A stretch of 62,461 nucleotides of DNA, the filler included. It is 8 parts of 8 records of this genome, joined end to end, with 100 filler letters (N's around TTAATTAATTAA, not from the genome) between each part and the next. Parts side by side here need not be neighbours in the genome. Positions count along the whole stretch, not along the records: positions 7,626 to 14,183 come from SRR31147125_64300; positions 14,284 to 20,247 come from SRR31147125_64350; positions 20,348 to 25,680 come from SRR31147125_64424; 5 more parts are not named here. The stretch is one strand, 5' to 3'. Below the pieces are notes generated by a model. That model saw only the letters and a program-made list of their open reading frames with translations, did not search any database and was not told where the DNA came from. Shown in pieces: positions 9,555 through 20,531 of this stretch. The position numbers were made by a program, and so were the translations under genes. How positions within the stretch are numbered: the stretch's first letter is position 1; every line of letters begins with the position of its first letter.

Positions 9555-11204
9555 TTACCAGCCTTGAGGCAATTGGGAATCCATGCGTTCAAACCGGTTT
9601 CTGGACGGCTCCAGGGCTCTCTGCCAATCCTCATCCTGGGTAAGCACCATGGGACGCAACAATATAACCAGCTCGCTTTTCTTGGAAACCATCTGGGTGT
9701 GACGGAACGCTTTACCGAGCACGGGGAGCTCCCCAAGGAACGGCACCGAAGCTGTTTTTTCCCGGACCACATCTTTCATTAAACCGCCGATGACCACGAC
9801 CTGACCGCTCTTGGCTTTCACTACGCTGTCCGATTCCCGCACCGTACTGAAAGCCAGGGGGATATTCACCTCTTCACCATCCACGCTGATGAGCTTGTTC
9901 TGATCGGTGACATCGCTGATTGTGGGGTGAATATGAAGGGTGACATTCTTCAGCGAATCGATCTGCGGGGTTACATCCAGTGCGATCCCGGAAAAGAACG
10001 GGGTCAGAGTTATATCCGATGAGGTTGTGGCAGCAGTTCCGGTAACCGTATCACTGGAGATATCCGTAACGAAAAACTCGTCCGATCCGACCTTAATCAC
10101 CGCCTTCTGGTTATTGATCGTCGAGATTCGCGGGCTGGAGAGGACCTGCACATCCCCTTGGGTCTGGAGCAGGTCGATGAACGCCTTGAAATCGTTCATG
10201 TCGAGGGCCAGGCTGAAAATCCCGCCGCTGATATCGCCGGCAATCTCAGAAGCCGCGTCATCAAAAATGCTGCGGCCACCACTCTGAGAAAAAACCGCTT
10301 CTTTGTCCCCTCCCAATCCAACCGTCAATTCCCAGTCAATACCACTCTGGAAGCCATCGTTCAACTGGACCTCGAGAATCTTGGCCTCAAGAATAACCTG
10401 GCGGCCCAGATGGTTCTGAACTGCGTGCAGATATTCAGCGACCTCTTTCAGTTCTTTGGGAAAGGCGCGGACCACCACCAGACCGGCCTGAGGCTGGACA
10501 AAGAAAGTGCGCCCCGCATCCGCAGGAAGGATAGTTCTCAATCCCACTTCCAACTCCTTCCAGAAGTCGGCCAGGGATTCGGTATCAATGCGGCTTCCCG
10601 ATACCATTTGCGTTTTTTCCTCGCCGTCATCATTCCCGGAAGTCTTCTCTGTCTCGCTGACCTGTCCGGAACTGACACGGGTTTGAGAAACGCCCTTGCG
10701 GGTGAGGTTCAAATAATCGACCTCAAAAATGCAAGTGCTTAGGCCGGCGGGCATAATCTGATAACCGATGGGTGTACGGCGATAATCGAATCCGTAATTG
10801 CGGCTGACCACCTCAAGAACTTCCGGGACTGTTACATTTTTGAGGATCAGTGATACTTCGCCTTTGACATCTGGGTGGACCACCATGTTGTGGGCTGTCC
10901 CTTGCACCAGGCTCATGAAAAATTCTCTTGCCGCAGCGCGGTTCGCCGTGACTTCGAATCTTTCCTCTACAACTTGGGGCTTTTTTAGAGATAGAAGTGC
11001 GGCCTTTGGCTTTTCCACGTCAGGGTATTTGACTTTTTCAGCCTCTTCCGATTCGGGCACAGATGTCTCGAAGGCCTGGTCAATCGTCTCCTTGGATGAA
11101 ATCCCCCGGGGGTTCGGCGCACAGGACACGTTAAGAAGCAAAGGAATGATTATCAGACTGAAGAAAAAAATGTTTTTCATTTTCATCGCTTGAACTTTCA
11201 TCAA
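9555..11204 (-). CDS. mshL: MSHA secretin (lipoprotein)
   Basis: Lipobox-like LNVSC; LEAKILEVQL; NNQKAVIKVGSDEFFVT; TPFFSGIALDVTPQI. Confidence 0.92.
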   Translation of the reverse strand: MMKVQAMKMKNIFFFSLIIIPLLLNVSCAPNPRGISSKETIDQAFETSVPESEEAEKVKYPDVEKPKAALLSLKKPQVVEERFEVTANRAAAREFFMSLVQGTAHNMVVHPDVKGEVSLILKNVTVPEVLEVVSRNYGFDYRRTPIGYQIMPAGLSTCIFEVDYLNLTRKGVSQTRVSSGQVSETEKTSGNDDGEEKTQMVSGSRIDTESLADFWKELEVGLRTILPADAGRTFFVQPQAGLVVVRAFPKELKEVAEYLHAVQNHLGRQVILEAKILEVQLNDGFQSGIDWELTVGLGGDKEAVFSQSGGRSIFDDAASEIAGDISGGIFSLALDMNDFKAFIDLLQTQGDVQVLSSPRISTINNQKAVIKVGSDEFFVTDISSDTVTGTAATTSSDITLTPFFSGIALDVTPQIDSLKNVTLHIHPTISDVTDQNKLISVDGEEVNIPLAFSTVRESDSVVKAKSGQVVVIGGLMKDVVREKTASVPFLGELPVLGKAFRHTQMVSKKSELVILLRPMVLTQDEDWQRALEPSRNRFERMDSQLPQGW

Positions 11205-11605
11205 TGAAATTCCTGTAGCGCGGTCTCTTGACTGGGAGCTTGTTCTTTCTTTCGGATCTCGTTGGTCACTCGAAGCCAGAACGAATCCTCGCCATACCGC
11301 AATTCAACCGCACCCTGTTTAATGGTCACAATTTCCACCCCTGCCAAGACCTGCCCCTTTTGAATAATGCGACCGTTAATAATAGCAATGGAGCGGCGAG
11401 GAGAGATCAAGGTTGAAGTCAGCGTCCAGTCCTGGAAACGGGGGGACTGAGAATTTCTAAACGAGGTGTTGGGATCTACAGGCGGGCGGGTCGGATCCTG
11501 AACATTGGCAACATCACAAAAGGCCTGTTGGGCGCTCCACTCAGGTGCGAGGAGAAAAAGGACCAGACAACTCAAGATAAAAAACTTTTTCAAAGACCTA
11601 GGCAT
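11201..11605 (-). CDS. mshK: MSHA biogenesis protein MshK-like
   Basis: DPTRPP motif, AIING; lies between mshJ and mshL with overlapping stop/start. Confidence 0.75.
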   Translation of the reverse strand: MPRSLKKFFILSCLVLFLLAPEWSAQQAFCDVANVQDPTRPPVDPNTSFRNSQSPRFQDWTLTSTLISPRRSIAIINGRIIQKGQVLAGVEIVTIKQGAVELRYGEDSFWLRVTNEIRKKEQAPSQETALQEFH

Positions 11606-12263
11606 CCGGACTCTCCTTTGCCAGGGACAGGGTATGAATTTTAAGGGTAATGCGGTTCATGGGGTATTTTTCAACTTGCAGTTCCAGGTCATCCCAGAAC
11701 AGTTTTAAAGAGGATTGTTCAATAGCCTTAATATAATTGAGAAAAGCTATATAGCTCCCCTCGAGTTCAATCTCGAAAGACTGACTGACGAGGTTGCTGC
11801 TTTCGGCTTCCGGTTCACTTCCGGGGAATTGGAATGGCACGGCCTCGCCTTTTTTAACTTCAATCACCCGGAGACCGGAGTCTTCCCTGAGAAAGTCCTG
11901 GAGTATAAAAGTCGGCTCCTGCTGAACTGTAAACCCGTTCTTCATCCCCTGCAGCTGCCGATCCATTTCCTGCGCTTGCAGCCGCAGCTTGCCGAGCTTC
12001 TTTCGGGCGGCCAAAGCCGGATCCTGCAAAGATTCGGAAATCAGGATGTTGAAATCCGCCTGGTATTGCATTATCTGAGAAAAAACATTATCGGATTCCG
12101 TGTGCAGAGCCTGCTTTTTTCTTTCCAGAGGAGCAAACAGCAGAACTTGCCCAAGATAAAAAAGAACCGCAAGCATGACTACCGTTCCCAAGATCCGTTC
12201 CCGAACCGATATTGCAGTCAGGCGGGCATTCAGTTTTTCCAGGTTTTCTTTAAGAGAACTCAT
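11598..12263 (-). CDS. mshJ: MSHA biogenesis protein MshJ-like (PilO/GspM-like)
   Basis: SVRER plus one TM; LEGSY..FLNYI..IE...LFWD; operon position. Confidence 0.8.
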   Translation of the reverse strand: MSSLKENLEKLNARLTAISVRERILGTVVMLAVLFYLGQVLLFAPLERKKQALHTESDNVFSQIMQYQADFNILISESLQDPALAARKKLGKLRLQAQEMDRQLQGMKNGFTVQQEPTFILQDFLREDSGLRVIEVKKGEAVPFQFPGSEPEAESSNLVSQSFEIELEGSYIAFLNYIKAIEQSSLKLFWDDLELQVEKYPMNRITLKIHTLSLAKESPDA

Positions 12264-12865
12264 TGGGCCTTTCCGGGCTCCGTTTCAAGTATAAAATCAA
12301 CCGAATTCCTGCCGTTTTCCGTATTCTGGATCCACAGTTTTGCAGTGGTTAAGCCGGTAAATCGCTCTTGGCGAGCCAACTCTTCCGTAAACTTGGAAAC
12401 CAGCCAGGGTTGCTGGGCGCTGCCTGCAAGTGTTATCCGCTTTCCCGCCTCCCGGACCTCGATCCGAGTCAACCATAGCCCGTTCTGGCCATGGCGACCG
12501 ATAGTTTCCAGATAACCTGAAAACCCCAGTAGGTTGTTCCGGTTTAAAGTTTCCATATTTTTCAGAAGTTCAGCTTTGGCATTGACCTCGGTTTGCACCC
12601 TGGCAAGTTCTTCCTGCAACAGAGTGTCTCCGGTATATGGCTTGGCATAATCCTCCGCTTTTTTGAAAGCCTCCAGGATTTCCGCTTTGCGTTGATGCAG
12701 ATCGTGTAATCTTGCGTCCAGGGCTGATATTTTCCCTTGGGCAAGTCCGAAAATCATGAGCAGCCCCAAAAGTCCGATCCCCAGAACCCATCCAATGGCA
12801 GCGGGAGGGAAAACAACCTTTTTTTCTTTCAGGCAGTCCTGGTAAAGATTGATCTGTTGAATCAC
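12260..12865 (-). CDS. PilN-like MSHA biogenesis protein (MshI1 type)
   Basis: QQINLY start, one TM, coiled coil, GLWLTRI motif. Confidence 0.75.
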   Translation of the reverse strand: MIQQINLYQDCLKEKKVVFPPAAIGWVLGIGLLGLLMIFGLAQGKISALDARLHDLHQRKAEILEAFKKAEDYAKPYTGDTLLQEELARVQTEVNAKAELLKNMETLNRNNLLGFSGYLETIGRHGQNGLWLTRIEVREAGKRITLAGSAQQPWLVSKFTEELARQERFTGLTTAKLWIQNTENGRNSVDFILETEPGKAQ

Positions 12866-13842
12866 GCGGTCCCCACAATGTCTCTTAAGGCTCCACCCAT
12901 GGCGGTCAGACAGCGCGCCTGTAGAGAGGAAGAAAGCGGTGTATGGCCTTCGAATATCTCTGCCATATCCAAAATTCTGGCGTTAATACCAAGATTTTTT
13001 TCGAAGCAGGAGAGGAGTTCCGGATACTCTCCTTCAAAAGGTGCGACAATCAGATGAGTCATGGATGGAAGATTGAAGCTGCTTTCGAAAAAATCAAGGG
13101 ATCTCTGAATTTCCAGGACCAGATTCTCCAGATGCTGGTTACCCAGCCCTTCCGCTTCAAGGTTCTCCTCCGCACCCGACTCCGCTTGCTCCTCAAGACC
13201 AAATATTTCATGGGTCCCGAAGTTTATTCGCCGGACCAGATAGACTGTCGATTCCCGAATCAGCAGTATCAGGCCATTGTTCTTCTGGAGATACAGAAAC
13301 ACCAGGCCTTCCTTTGCTTCAAGTCTGGAGCCGACATTCCTCAAGACCATTTCCGGAACATCCATGGCACTGATTTCCAGCTTTGCTTCCTGGAGTAGCC
13401 CAACCCGCTCGAGAACCGTTTCTTTGGGGGCAGCCACAACAAAAGCGATCCGGTTCCTGTTTCTGAAACTTTCCTTTGGGACTAGAAAAACATCCAGGAC
13501 CGCCTCATCCACTGAATAGTTGAGTAAATCCTTGACCTGCCAGCGAACTGCCGAGGGGATCTCTTTCTGCGGGATATCCGGTGGTTCAACCTGCAGAAGC
13601 TGGTAGCTTCCGGCATCCAGAATAGCCACACAATCTTTTGTGGGAAAGCCATGGCGGCGAACCACGGTTTTCAAAACATCCAAAGCCTCTCCCTGGTTCT
13701 GGAATGGGAAAAAATCTGCATAATGAAGACTCAAAGATGCATTTTTTAATTTTTCAACATGAGCGATACTCACACCATCCGCTTGCAATGAGATGCCTAC
13801 CGTACCCTTTGAAAATTTCAGGGACTTTTTAAAAAAATCCAC
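12862..13842 (-). CDS. mshI: MSHA biogenesis protein MshI (PilM-like)
   Basis: YQLLQVEPP, AVRWQVKDL, LEIQRSLDFFES; GTG start. Confidence 0.8.
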   Translation of the reverse strand: MDFFKKSLKFSKGTVGISLQADGVSIAHVEKLKNASLSLHYADFFPFQNQGEALDVLKTVVRRHGFPTKDCVAILDAGSYQLLQVEPPDIPQKEIPSAVRWQVKDLLNYSVDEAVLDVFLVPKESFRNRNRIAFVVAAPKETVLERVGLLQEAKLEISAMDVPEMVLRNVGSRLEAKEGLVFLYLQKNNGLILLIRESTVYLVRRINFGTHEIFGLEEQAESGAEENLEAEGLGNQHLENLVLEIQRSLDFFESSFNLPSMTHLIVAPFEGEYPELLSCFEKNLGINARILDMAEIFEGHTPLSSSLQARCLTAMGGALRDIVGTA

Positions 13843-14183
13843 AACGACCTCAGTTCTTGTGAATATTTTGCTAGCTGGGAATCTGTCGAGGGGTCAATTT
13901 TTTGAAAACCACCCCGGTGTGGTATAGAGCAATAAGGGAGCCAAACCGGCTGATTTCAAAGGAGAGTTCTGCTGCTAAAAGGATAGGAGGTCAAGAAAAA
14001 CAGGAGGATAAGGAGAGAAAAACTACCAAAAGAATTAATAAAAACTTACATAAAAAGGATTTTCAACGGAAAAGAAGGATGCTTGTGGTCAGAATTTTGA
14101 CTTATGTATCAGAACTTACAGAGAATTCCCAAATGTCAAGCTTCGTCGGAATCGACCCCCAAAATCTGTAACTGCACCGTACG

Positions 14184-14283
14184 NNNNNNNNNNNNNNNNN
14201 NNNNNNNNNNNNNNNNNNNNNNNNNNNTTAATTAATTAANNNNNNNNNNNNNNNNNNNNNNNNNNNNNNNNNNNNNNNNNNNN
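14184..14283. other. Artificial contig linker
   Basis: N run with TTAATTAATTAA. Confidence 0.99.
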
Positions 14284-15046
14284 TTTACTCAGTAGAAACT
14301 GGGAAGCGCTTTCGAAGGACATTGATTCTTTGCAAGATTCCTGCATCACCGTCACGATGGTAACGGACCCTTTTGGACCGCAAAAGGAGGCTGACCTCAA
14401 AGCGGTGTTTCGTGATCACCTTATCCGATTTAAGCGGCATCACGTCATCGAACTTTCGAAACACATGGAAAGCTATGTGTGCAGACATCACCGTCGAAAT
14501 GCTTTGAAGGCGCTTACGAACGTGTCCGTTGAACTTTGTGATCGCCCCGAGCTATTTGTCGACAGATGGCAGCGGCTATATGGGCATTTAATACAAAAGC
14601 ATGCCATTAAAGGAATGCTGACCTTTTCAAAAAACTCCTTTATGAAAATGCTGCGCGTACCTGGTGTCACAATGTTTCGTGCGATCGCCGGGCAACAGAC
14701 CGTATGTATGCAGATATGGTATGAGCAAGATGATATCGCCTATTATCATTTGGGGGCATCCGATGCTTGCGGCTACAAACTCAAGTCGGCTTTTGCCATG
14801 TTTTGGACGGCCATAAACCACTTTTCAGATAAAGGTCTAAAATGGATCGGCTTGGGAAGCGGCGCCGGATTGAGTGACGCCCAAGAGGACGGATTGAGTC
14901 GTTTTAAAAAGGGATGGGCAAACGCCTACCGCTATACTTATTTGGGTGGTCGGGTCCTTAACCCGGATTTGTATCAGCGGATGTGTCGGATCAGGGGCGG
15001 GGAGCAATCCAATTACTTTCCATCATATCGGCAGGGTGAGTTTTGA
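14284..15046 (+). CDS. GNAT/FemAB-like acetyltransferase (5' truncated)
   Basis: AYYHLGAS...LGSGAG...DGLSRFKKGW motif of polysaccharide-cluster GNATs. Confidence 0.75.
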
Positions 15047-15711
15047 ATCGGACAGCGAAAAGATCGGTGAAGTCCTATAATGACATTGTAGCGCACTACG
15101 AAAGTTGCCTGCAACAGTACGGGGATAACCACAAGGGGGTCGATTGGCCCAATAGGGAAGATGCATTGGTACGTTATCAGGTGATGCTGGATATCATACC
15201 TGTAAAGTCTGATCGACCCTTTGACGTATTGGATTTTGGATGTGGTCTTTCGCATCTTTATGAGTACATCCAGTCTCAAAATATATCGAATATACAGTAT
15301 GCCGGATTAGATTTATCCGACAAATTCATCGATCGCGCCAAGATTAAATATCCTGAAAACACATATTACTGTCTCGATATCTTGGAAAGGCCGCATCGCC
15401 TCCCAGACTTCGATTACATTTTGCTCAATGGCGTCCTTACGGAAAAATGCAGGCTCAGTTACGATCAGATGCTTGAATATGCCAAGCGTTTGATTAAAGC
15501 TGTTTTCTCCAAAGCATCCATCGGTGTTGCCTTCAATGTTATGAGCGCGGATGTGGATTGGGAGCGAGACGATCTCTTCCATCTCCCATTCGATGTGCTC
15601 AGCGCCTTTTTGGTAAATGACCTGAAGGCCGGTTTTATTTTCAGAAAAGATTATGGCCTATATGAATATACGGTATACCTTTTTAAAGGTGGGAACAGAT
15701 GGCTAAGGTGA
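15043..15711 (+). CDS. Class I SAM-dependent methyltransferase
   Basis: VLDFGCG, YAGLDLS. Confidence 0.85.
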   Translation: MNRTAKRSVKSYNDIVAHYESCLQQYGDNHKGVDWPNREDALVRYQVMLDIIPVKSDRPFDVLDFGCGLSHLYEYIQSQNISNIQYAGLDLSDKFIDRAKIKYPENTYYCLDILERPHRLPDFDYILLNGVLTEKCRLSYDQMLEYAKRLIKAVFSKASIGVAFNVMSADVDWERDDLFHLPFDVLSAFLVNDLKAGFIFRKDYGLYEYTVYLFKGGNRWLR

Positions 15712-16358
15712 TCATTTTCGGTCAACAGGATTTTGCCTCTTTGGCCCGTTTTTATCTGGACAATGACAGCGATCACGACGTGGTTGGATTCAGTGTTCAC
15801 GAGCATTACCGATCAGACCGTGACAGTTTCGAGGGGTTGCCTCTGGTTGCTTTTGAAAGTGTCGAAGAGAAGTTTCCACCGGGGAAGTTCAAGTTTTTTG
15901 CGCCTATGTCACACAGTCGGATGAACAGAGCACGGGAAGCTGTTTTCTCTCAAATTGTCGCTAAAGGTTATGATTGTGTCACCTATATCAGCTCAAAAGC
16001 TACAGTATTTCAAAAAGAGACCATTGGTCGAAACTGTTTTATCCTTGAAGACAATACCATACAGCCTTTTACAACCATTGGCGACAATGTAGTACTGTGG
16101 AGCGGAAACCATATCGGACACCATAGCCGTATAGGCGATCACGTGTTCTTTGCATCCCATGTCGTTCTCTCCGGCCACTGCACTGTGGCGCCTTATTGTT
16201 TTTTTGGCGTCAATGCGACCATTCGAGATGGGCTAAAGATTAATGAGGGGTCGATGATCGGTATGTCTGCCTGTGTGACACGCGATACGAAAGCGTGGCG
16301 CACCTATACCGGCATGCCGGCCAGAGAGATCGGCAGTTCAATAAGGGATAACGATTGA
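15699..16358 (+). CDS. NeuD/PglD-like hexapeptide-repeat sugar acetyltransferase
   Basis: Left-handed beta-helix hexapeptide repeats, IGHHSRIGDH. Confidence 0.88.
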   Translation: MAKVIIFGQQDFASLARFYLDNDSDHDVVGFSVHEHYRSDRDSFEGLPLVAFESVEEKFPPGKFKFFAPMSHSRMNRAREAVFSQIVAKGYDCVTYISSKATVFQKETIGRNCFILEDNTIQPFTTIGDNVVLWSGNHIGHHSRIGDHVFFASHVVLSGHCTVAPYCFFGVNATIRDGLKINEGSMIGMSACVTRDTKAWRTYTGMPAREIGSSIRDND

Positions 16359-17314
16359 ACAATTTTACGAAATATGTCGAATGGGAAAAAAAGGGTATAC
16401 TTTACTGCCCCGACGGCCATGACCCGCAGATGCTCACCCATGCGCAAGTTCCCACGGCAGAATCGTTATCATCCAATATCATCCGCGTTTACTTCGGCAC
16501 CCGGGATAAATATCAAAGGACCGTGACGGGAGTCGTTGATCTTCAGGCAGAACAGGTTCTCAAAGTGGCCAGACAATATGACGAGCCGGCCTTGGGCTTA
16601 GGAGAGATCGGAACTTTTGACGACAGTGGTGCAATGCCTTCCTGGATAGTGACCCACGAAGGGAAAAAGTATCTGTACTACACCGGATGGAACAGGAGCA
16701 CTTCGGTACCTTATCGAAACGCTATCGGGCTGGCGGTGAGCGAAGATGGCGGCCTCACATTCAGCAGGTTGTACACCGGCCCCGTTCTGGACCGCTCGAT
16801 CTTGGAACCCTATTTTTGCTCTCAACCGTGCGTCATGAACGATCGGGGCTGTTGGCGCATGTGGTACATCTCATGCGTTGCATGGCATGAAATCAACGGC
16901 AAGCCCGAACCGCGATATAACATCAAGTACGCTGAATCCAAAGACGGTGTTCTCTGGTCTCCCCAGCAAATCACCTGTATCGATTTTGCCTCCGACGATG
17001 AGGGCGGCATTGCGCGACCGTGCGTTATCAAAAGCAATAATGACTATATCATGTGGTATTCGTATCGAAAGATTGCGGAATACCGTACCCATCGGGACAA
17101 CAGTTATCGAATCGGGTATGCCGTCTCCGGCGATGGCCTCTCCTGGCGGCGCCTGGACGACCATGCGGGCATCGATGTTTCCGAAGACGGATGGGATTCA
17201 CAAATGGTTGCCTACCCCTTTGTGCTGAATCACGAGAATTGCCATTACCTTTTTTATAACGGCAATGGCTTCGGTTCGGGTGGATTCGGGTACGCGCAAT
17301 TGCCCGAAAAATGA
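16355..17314 (+). CDS. Five-bladed beta-propeller glycoside-hydrolase-like protein
   Basis: Repeated IGLAVSEDG / YAESKDG / IGYAVSGDG..W blades; ends YNGNGFG..GFGYA. Confidence 0.7.
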   Translation: MNNFTKYVEWEKKGILYCPDGHDPQMLTHAQVPTAESLSSNIIRVYFGTRDKYQRTVTGVVDLQAEQVLKVARQYDEPALGLGEIGTFDDSGAMPSWIVTHEGKKYLYYTGWNRSTSVPYRNAIGLAVSEDGGLTFSRLYTGPVLDRSILEPYFCSQPCVMNDRGCWRMWYISCVAWHEINGKPEPRYNIKYAESKDGVLWSPQQITCIDFASDDEGGIARPCVIKSNNDYIMWYSYRKIAEYRTHRDNSYRIGYAVSGDGLSWRRLDDHAGIDVSEDGWDSQMVAYPFVLNHENCHYLFYNGNGFGSGGFGYAQLPEK

Positions 17315-17392
17315 TTCTCACCATCCGATCTTTCCAATCCATCTGAAGGATGAACAGCCAACTGCGGATCACTGATATCCGGTGTATATGTT

Positions 17393-18439
17393 ATGAAAAT
17401 CTTCATACGGGCTGACGGACATAAGAGGATTGGTATGGGTCATCTATACCGCATGCTGAACTTGGCGCGCCATTTTCGCAGGATCTATGATGCAGATGTC
17501 ACCATTATTACCCGGAACAACAAAAGCGCGCTGGATCTTATCAATAGATTCGAAATGCGCGTTTACCCAATAGATTACAATACTTCATATCGTGACGAAA
17601 TAGAGAAGATCGGTGAAATCCTATCGAAGCATAAGCCGAATGTGATCTGCATTGATCTTCTGAAGCGATGCGAAGATCGACACTATATGATGGAATTGCG
17701 CAAACTTGGCCATGCTTGCGTAGTAGCGTTTAGCGATACCCACCAACGTTGTGAAATCGATGCCGACCTGGTTTTCAACGCCAGTATTTTTCAGCAAACC
17801 GGATATTATCAGCACGTGAAAGGCTGTCGATACTTTCTGGGGCTGGATTATGTCATGCTTCCGGAAGGTTATGCCGGGCTATCCAAAAAGGAAACCTCAG
17901 TCCGACCGGTGCCGGAGCGAATTCTGGTCTGTATGGGCGGAGCCGATCACCACGATCTCACCTACCGTGTCATAAAGGCGATTGACAGAAGTAGATTGGA
18001 ATTTGAGGTCGATGTCGCTGTCAGCGCGTCCTTTTTCCCCACGCATCGCATGGAGCCATTTATTAGCGCTCTCTCACACACAACCCGAGTGGTCTATGAC
18101 GCTGACGGGCTGTCGGCGCTGTTTGCGAACGCTGATATAGCCGTGACGGCCGGTGGCACCTTATTGATTGAGCGAATGTGCTCCGGGGTCCCCGGCATCA
18201 CCATCAATCAACTCCGTCACCAAGCGGATTTGGCAGCGGAGGTTATGCGACAGGGCGCCAATCTGGATTTGGGCATACATTCAGCGGTCAATATGAATCA
18301 TCTGACGAAACGATTCGAATCTCTTTTTTCAAACGTATCCTTGCGGCAAGCGATGGCCGCGAAGGGTCGGAAAATGGTCGACGGCAATGGTTTGCCGCGT
18401 GTGGCCAAGTCGATAGTCGAAACCGTCAAAGCATGCTGA
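17393..18439 (+). CDS. PseG/SpsG-family nucleotide-sugar hydrolase (GT-B fold)
   Basis: IFIRADG...IGMGHLYR, MGGAD, TAGG. Confidence 0.8.
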   Translation: MKIFIRADGHKRIGMGHLYRMLNLARHFRRIYDADVTIITRNNKSALDLINRFEMRVYPIDYNTSYRDEIEKIGEILSKHKPNVICIDLLKRCEDRHYMMELRKLGHACVVAFSDTHQRCEIDADLVFNASIFQQTGYYQHVKGCRYFLGLDYVMLPEGYAGLSKKETSVRPVPERILVCMGGADHHDLTYRVIKAIDRSRLEFEVDVAVSASFFPTHRMEPFISALSHTTRVVYDADGLSALFANADIAVTAGGTLLIERMCSGVPGITINQLRHQADLAAEVMRQGANLDLGIHSAVNMNHLTKRFESLFSNVSLRQAMAAKGRKMVDGNGLPRVAKSIVETVKAC

Positions 18440-18510
18440 CTGCAAATGTGTCCCAATGCTTTGTCGGCTCAAATTCTTAAATCCATTCTTCCTTTCCGCA
18501 TCTTAAAGAC

Positions 18511-19559
18511 ATGAACAGAAAACAATTCGATCCTCTGGACATTGTCCGGATAGTAGGCAAACGCAAACGGCCGGTGGAAAAGCTGTTGCAACATAAGGGG
18601 CAAGCCTACCGCGACTACCGCAGCCTTTGGGACAAGTCAAATCATGGTCAGCTTGTTCAGTCCTATCCTTTGCATCTTGACATTGAGATCAGCGCCGGGT
18701 GCAATCTCCGGTGCGGATCGTGTGTACGTTCCCTGCCCGGAAAACTCAAACCTTTCATCGACGACAAGAAAAAGTTTATCTCCCTGGAGACGTTTCATGC
18801 GCTCGTAACGCAAGGGGAGGAAAAAGGTTTACGCGCAATTACATTGAATGGCAATAACGAGCCACTGCTGAAAAACGATATCGCGGAATATATCCGGATA
18901 GCTGATAAAGCGGGGCTTATGGATATTATGCTGCATACTAACGGGAACTTGTTGACCCGCGATATCACGGATCAGCTTTTAGGATCCGGCTTAACAGCTA
19001 TATATTTTTCAATCGATGCCATTGATCCGGAGACCTACTCGCGTGTAAGGCCTGAGGTGATTTCAGCCGTGTGATGGAAAATATCGCATACTTTTTGGAG
19101 CAAAAGAGATTGCGAGGCCTTGATTTTCCAATTACACGCGTTTCTTTTGTGGAATCCAGGTTAAATTCTCATGAGCTGAAGCCTTTCGTCGACTATTGGG
19201 AAGATAGAGTTGATTTTGTCGTCTATCAAAACTTTGTAACGCCTTTTGTCGACATGCCCATGTACGACGAGATGGAGCGAACGTACAGAATCCCGGGCAA
19301 AAATCATCCCGGCCCGAAACCGTGCCCTTATCCTTTTCAGCGATTATTAATCCGAAACAACGGAGATATCACCTTTTGCTGCAGCTGGTATAGCTATGGA
19401 TCTGTCCTGGGAAACATATATACGATGACGATTGAAGAGATCTGGATGGGAGCAGGCATGCAAGCGCTTCGAAACCGAGTGAATGGACCAAAGCAGGACT
19501 GGCCAACAAGCTGCAGGAGATGCAGACAGGCAATGGTTGGAGGCAACGGTGAACGATAA
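18511..19559 (+). CDS. Radical SAM/SPASM protein, split by a frameshift near 19050
   Basis: CNLRCGSC in 18511-19074; SPASM cysteines (CPYP, CC, CRRC) in 19071-19559. Confidence 0.8.
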
Positions 19560-20247
19560 CACGATACTGTTTGACTGCGATTTAACCAATCGATCGGACG
19601 GCAGCGCCTGCATTATAGCAGAGGCTGGGATTAATCACGATGGCTCTATCGAAAAGGCAAAAGCGTTGATCGTTGCAGCGGCAAAAGCCGGGGCCACTTG
19701 CGTCAAGTTTCAGGCTTTTCGCACCGAACATGTCTCTTCCAGGTATTCAACCAGCAGTTCGTACATGATTGATGGCAGCAAAGAGGGCGAGTCTGCATAC
19801 GAGTTGTCGAAGCGGCTGGAGTTGAACGAGGCTGCCATGAGAGAGCTGCATCACTTCTCCTATGCGATGGGGCTGCCTTGGATTGCCAGTTTTTTCGACG
19901 AATATTCGCTCGAGATGTTGGTCTCTCTCGACATACCGGTGCTTAAAATTGCTTCAGCCTTGATTACAGACCTGCCCCTTTTGAAAAAAGCGGCCCAAAC
20001 TTCCATTCCGCTTATCGTTTCCACCGGAATGGCGACCATTGAAGAGATCGACGAAGCGGTAACAGTGTTACGAAACAATGGAGATCAACCGATTTTCTTG
20101 ATGCATTGCGTCTCATGGTACCCAGCTAAAGCGGAAGATATGAATATCAGGAGCATTGACCAACTGGAGAGGCGATATGGTGTTCCGGTGGGGTTGTCGG
20201 ATCACACCATGGGATCTCATGTGGCCTGCGGCGCACGTGCAAGGGGG
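19549..20247 (+). CDS. NeuB-family nonulosonic acid synthase (3' truncated)
   Basis: IIAEAGINHDG, VKFQ, STGMA, HCVS.YP, GLSDHT; GTG start with GGAGG RBS. Confidence 0.9.
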
Positions 20248-20347
20248 NNNNNNNNNNNNNNNNNNNNNNNNNNNNNNNNNNNNNNNNNNNNTTAATTAAT
20301 TAANNNNNNNNNNNNNNNNNNNNNNNNNNNNNNNNNNNNNNNNNNNN
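20248..20347. other. Artificial contig linker
   Basis: N run with TTAATTAATTAA. Confidence 0.99.
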
Positions 20348-20495
20348 GCCATTTATCCGGAACATTAAATCCATCGATTGTGCCGTTTCGTTTTTCGCCT
20401 CGCCAGCCAGAAGAATTTTGTGCATAAAGGCCGTTTACACTAACTGTTAGTACTAAACTGAAAATAATTAACGTAATCAATTTTATTCTTTTCAT
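20348..20495 (-). CDS. Secreted PQQ-like beta-propeller protein, N-terminal fragment
   Basis: Signal peptide followed by WRG..RNG motif; truncated at the linker. Confidence 0.5.
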
Positions 20496-20531
20496 AGTTT
20501 CGATTTTTGGTTTATGTAATTTTTATTCAGG

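Noticed and set aside
13843-14183. c-di-GMP riboswitch upstream of the msh operon
   Set aside because: No GEMM-type conserved motifs visible on the minus strand
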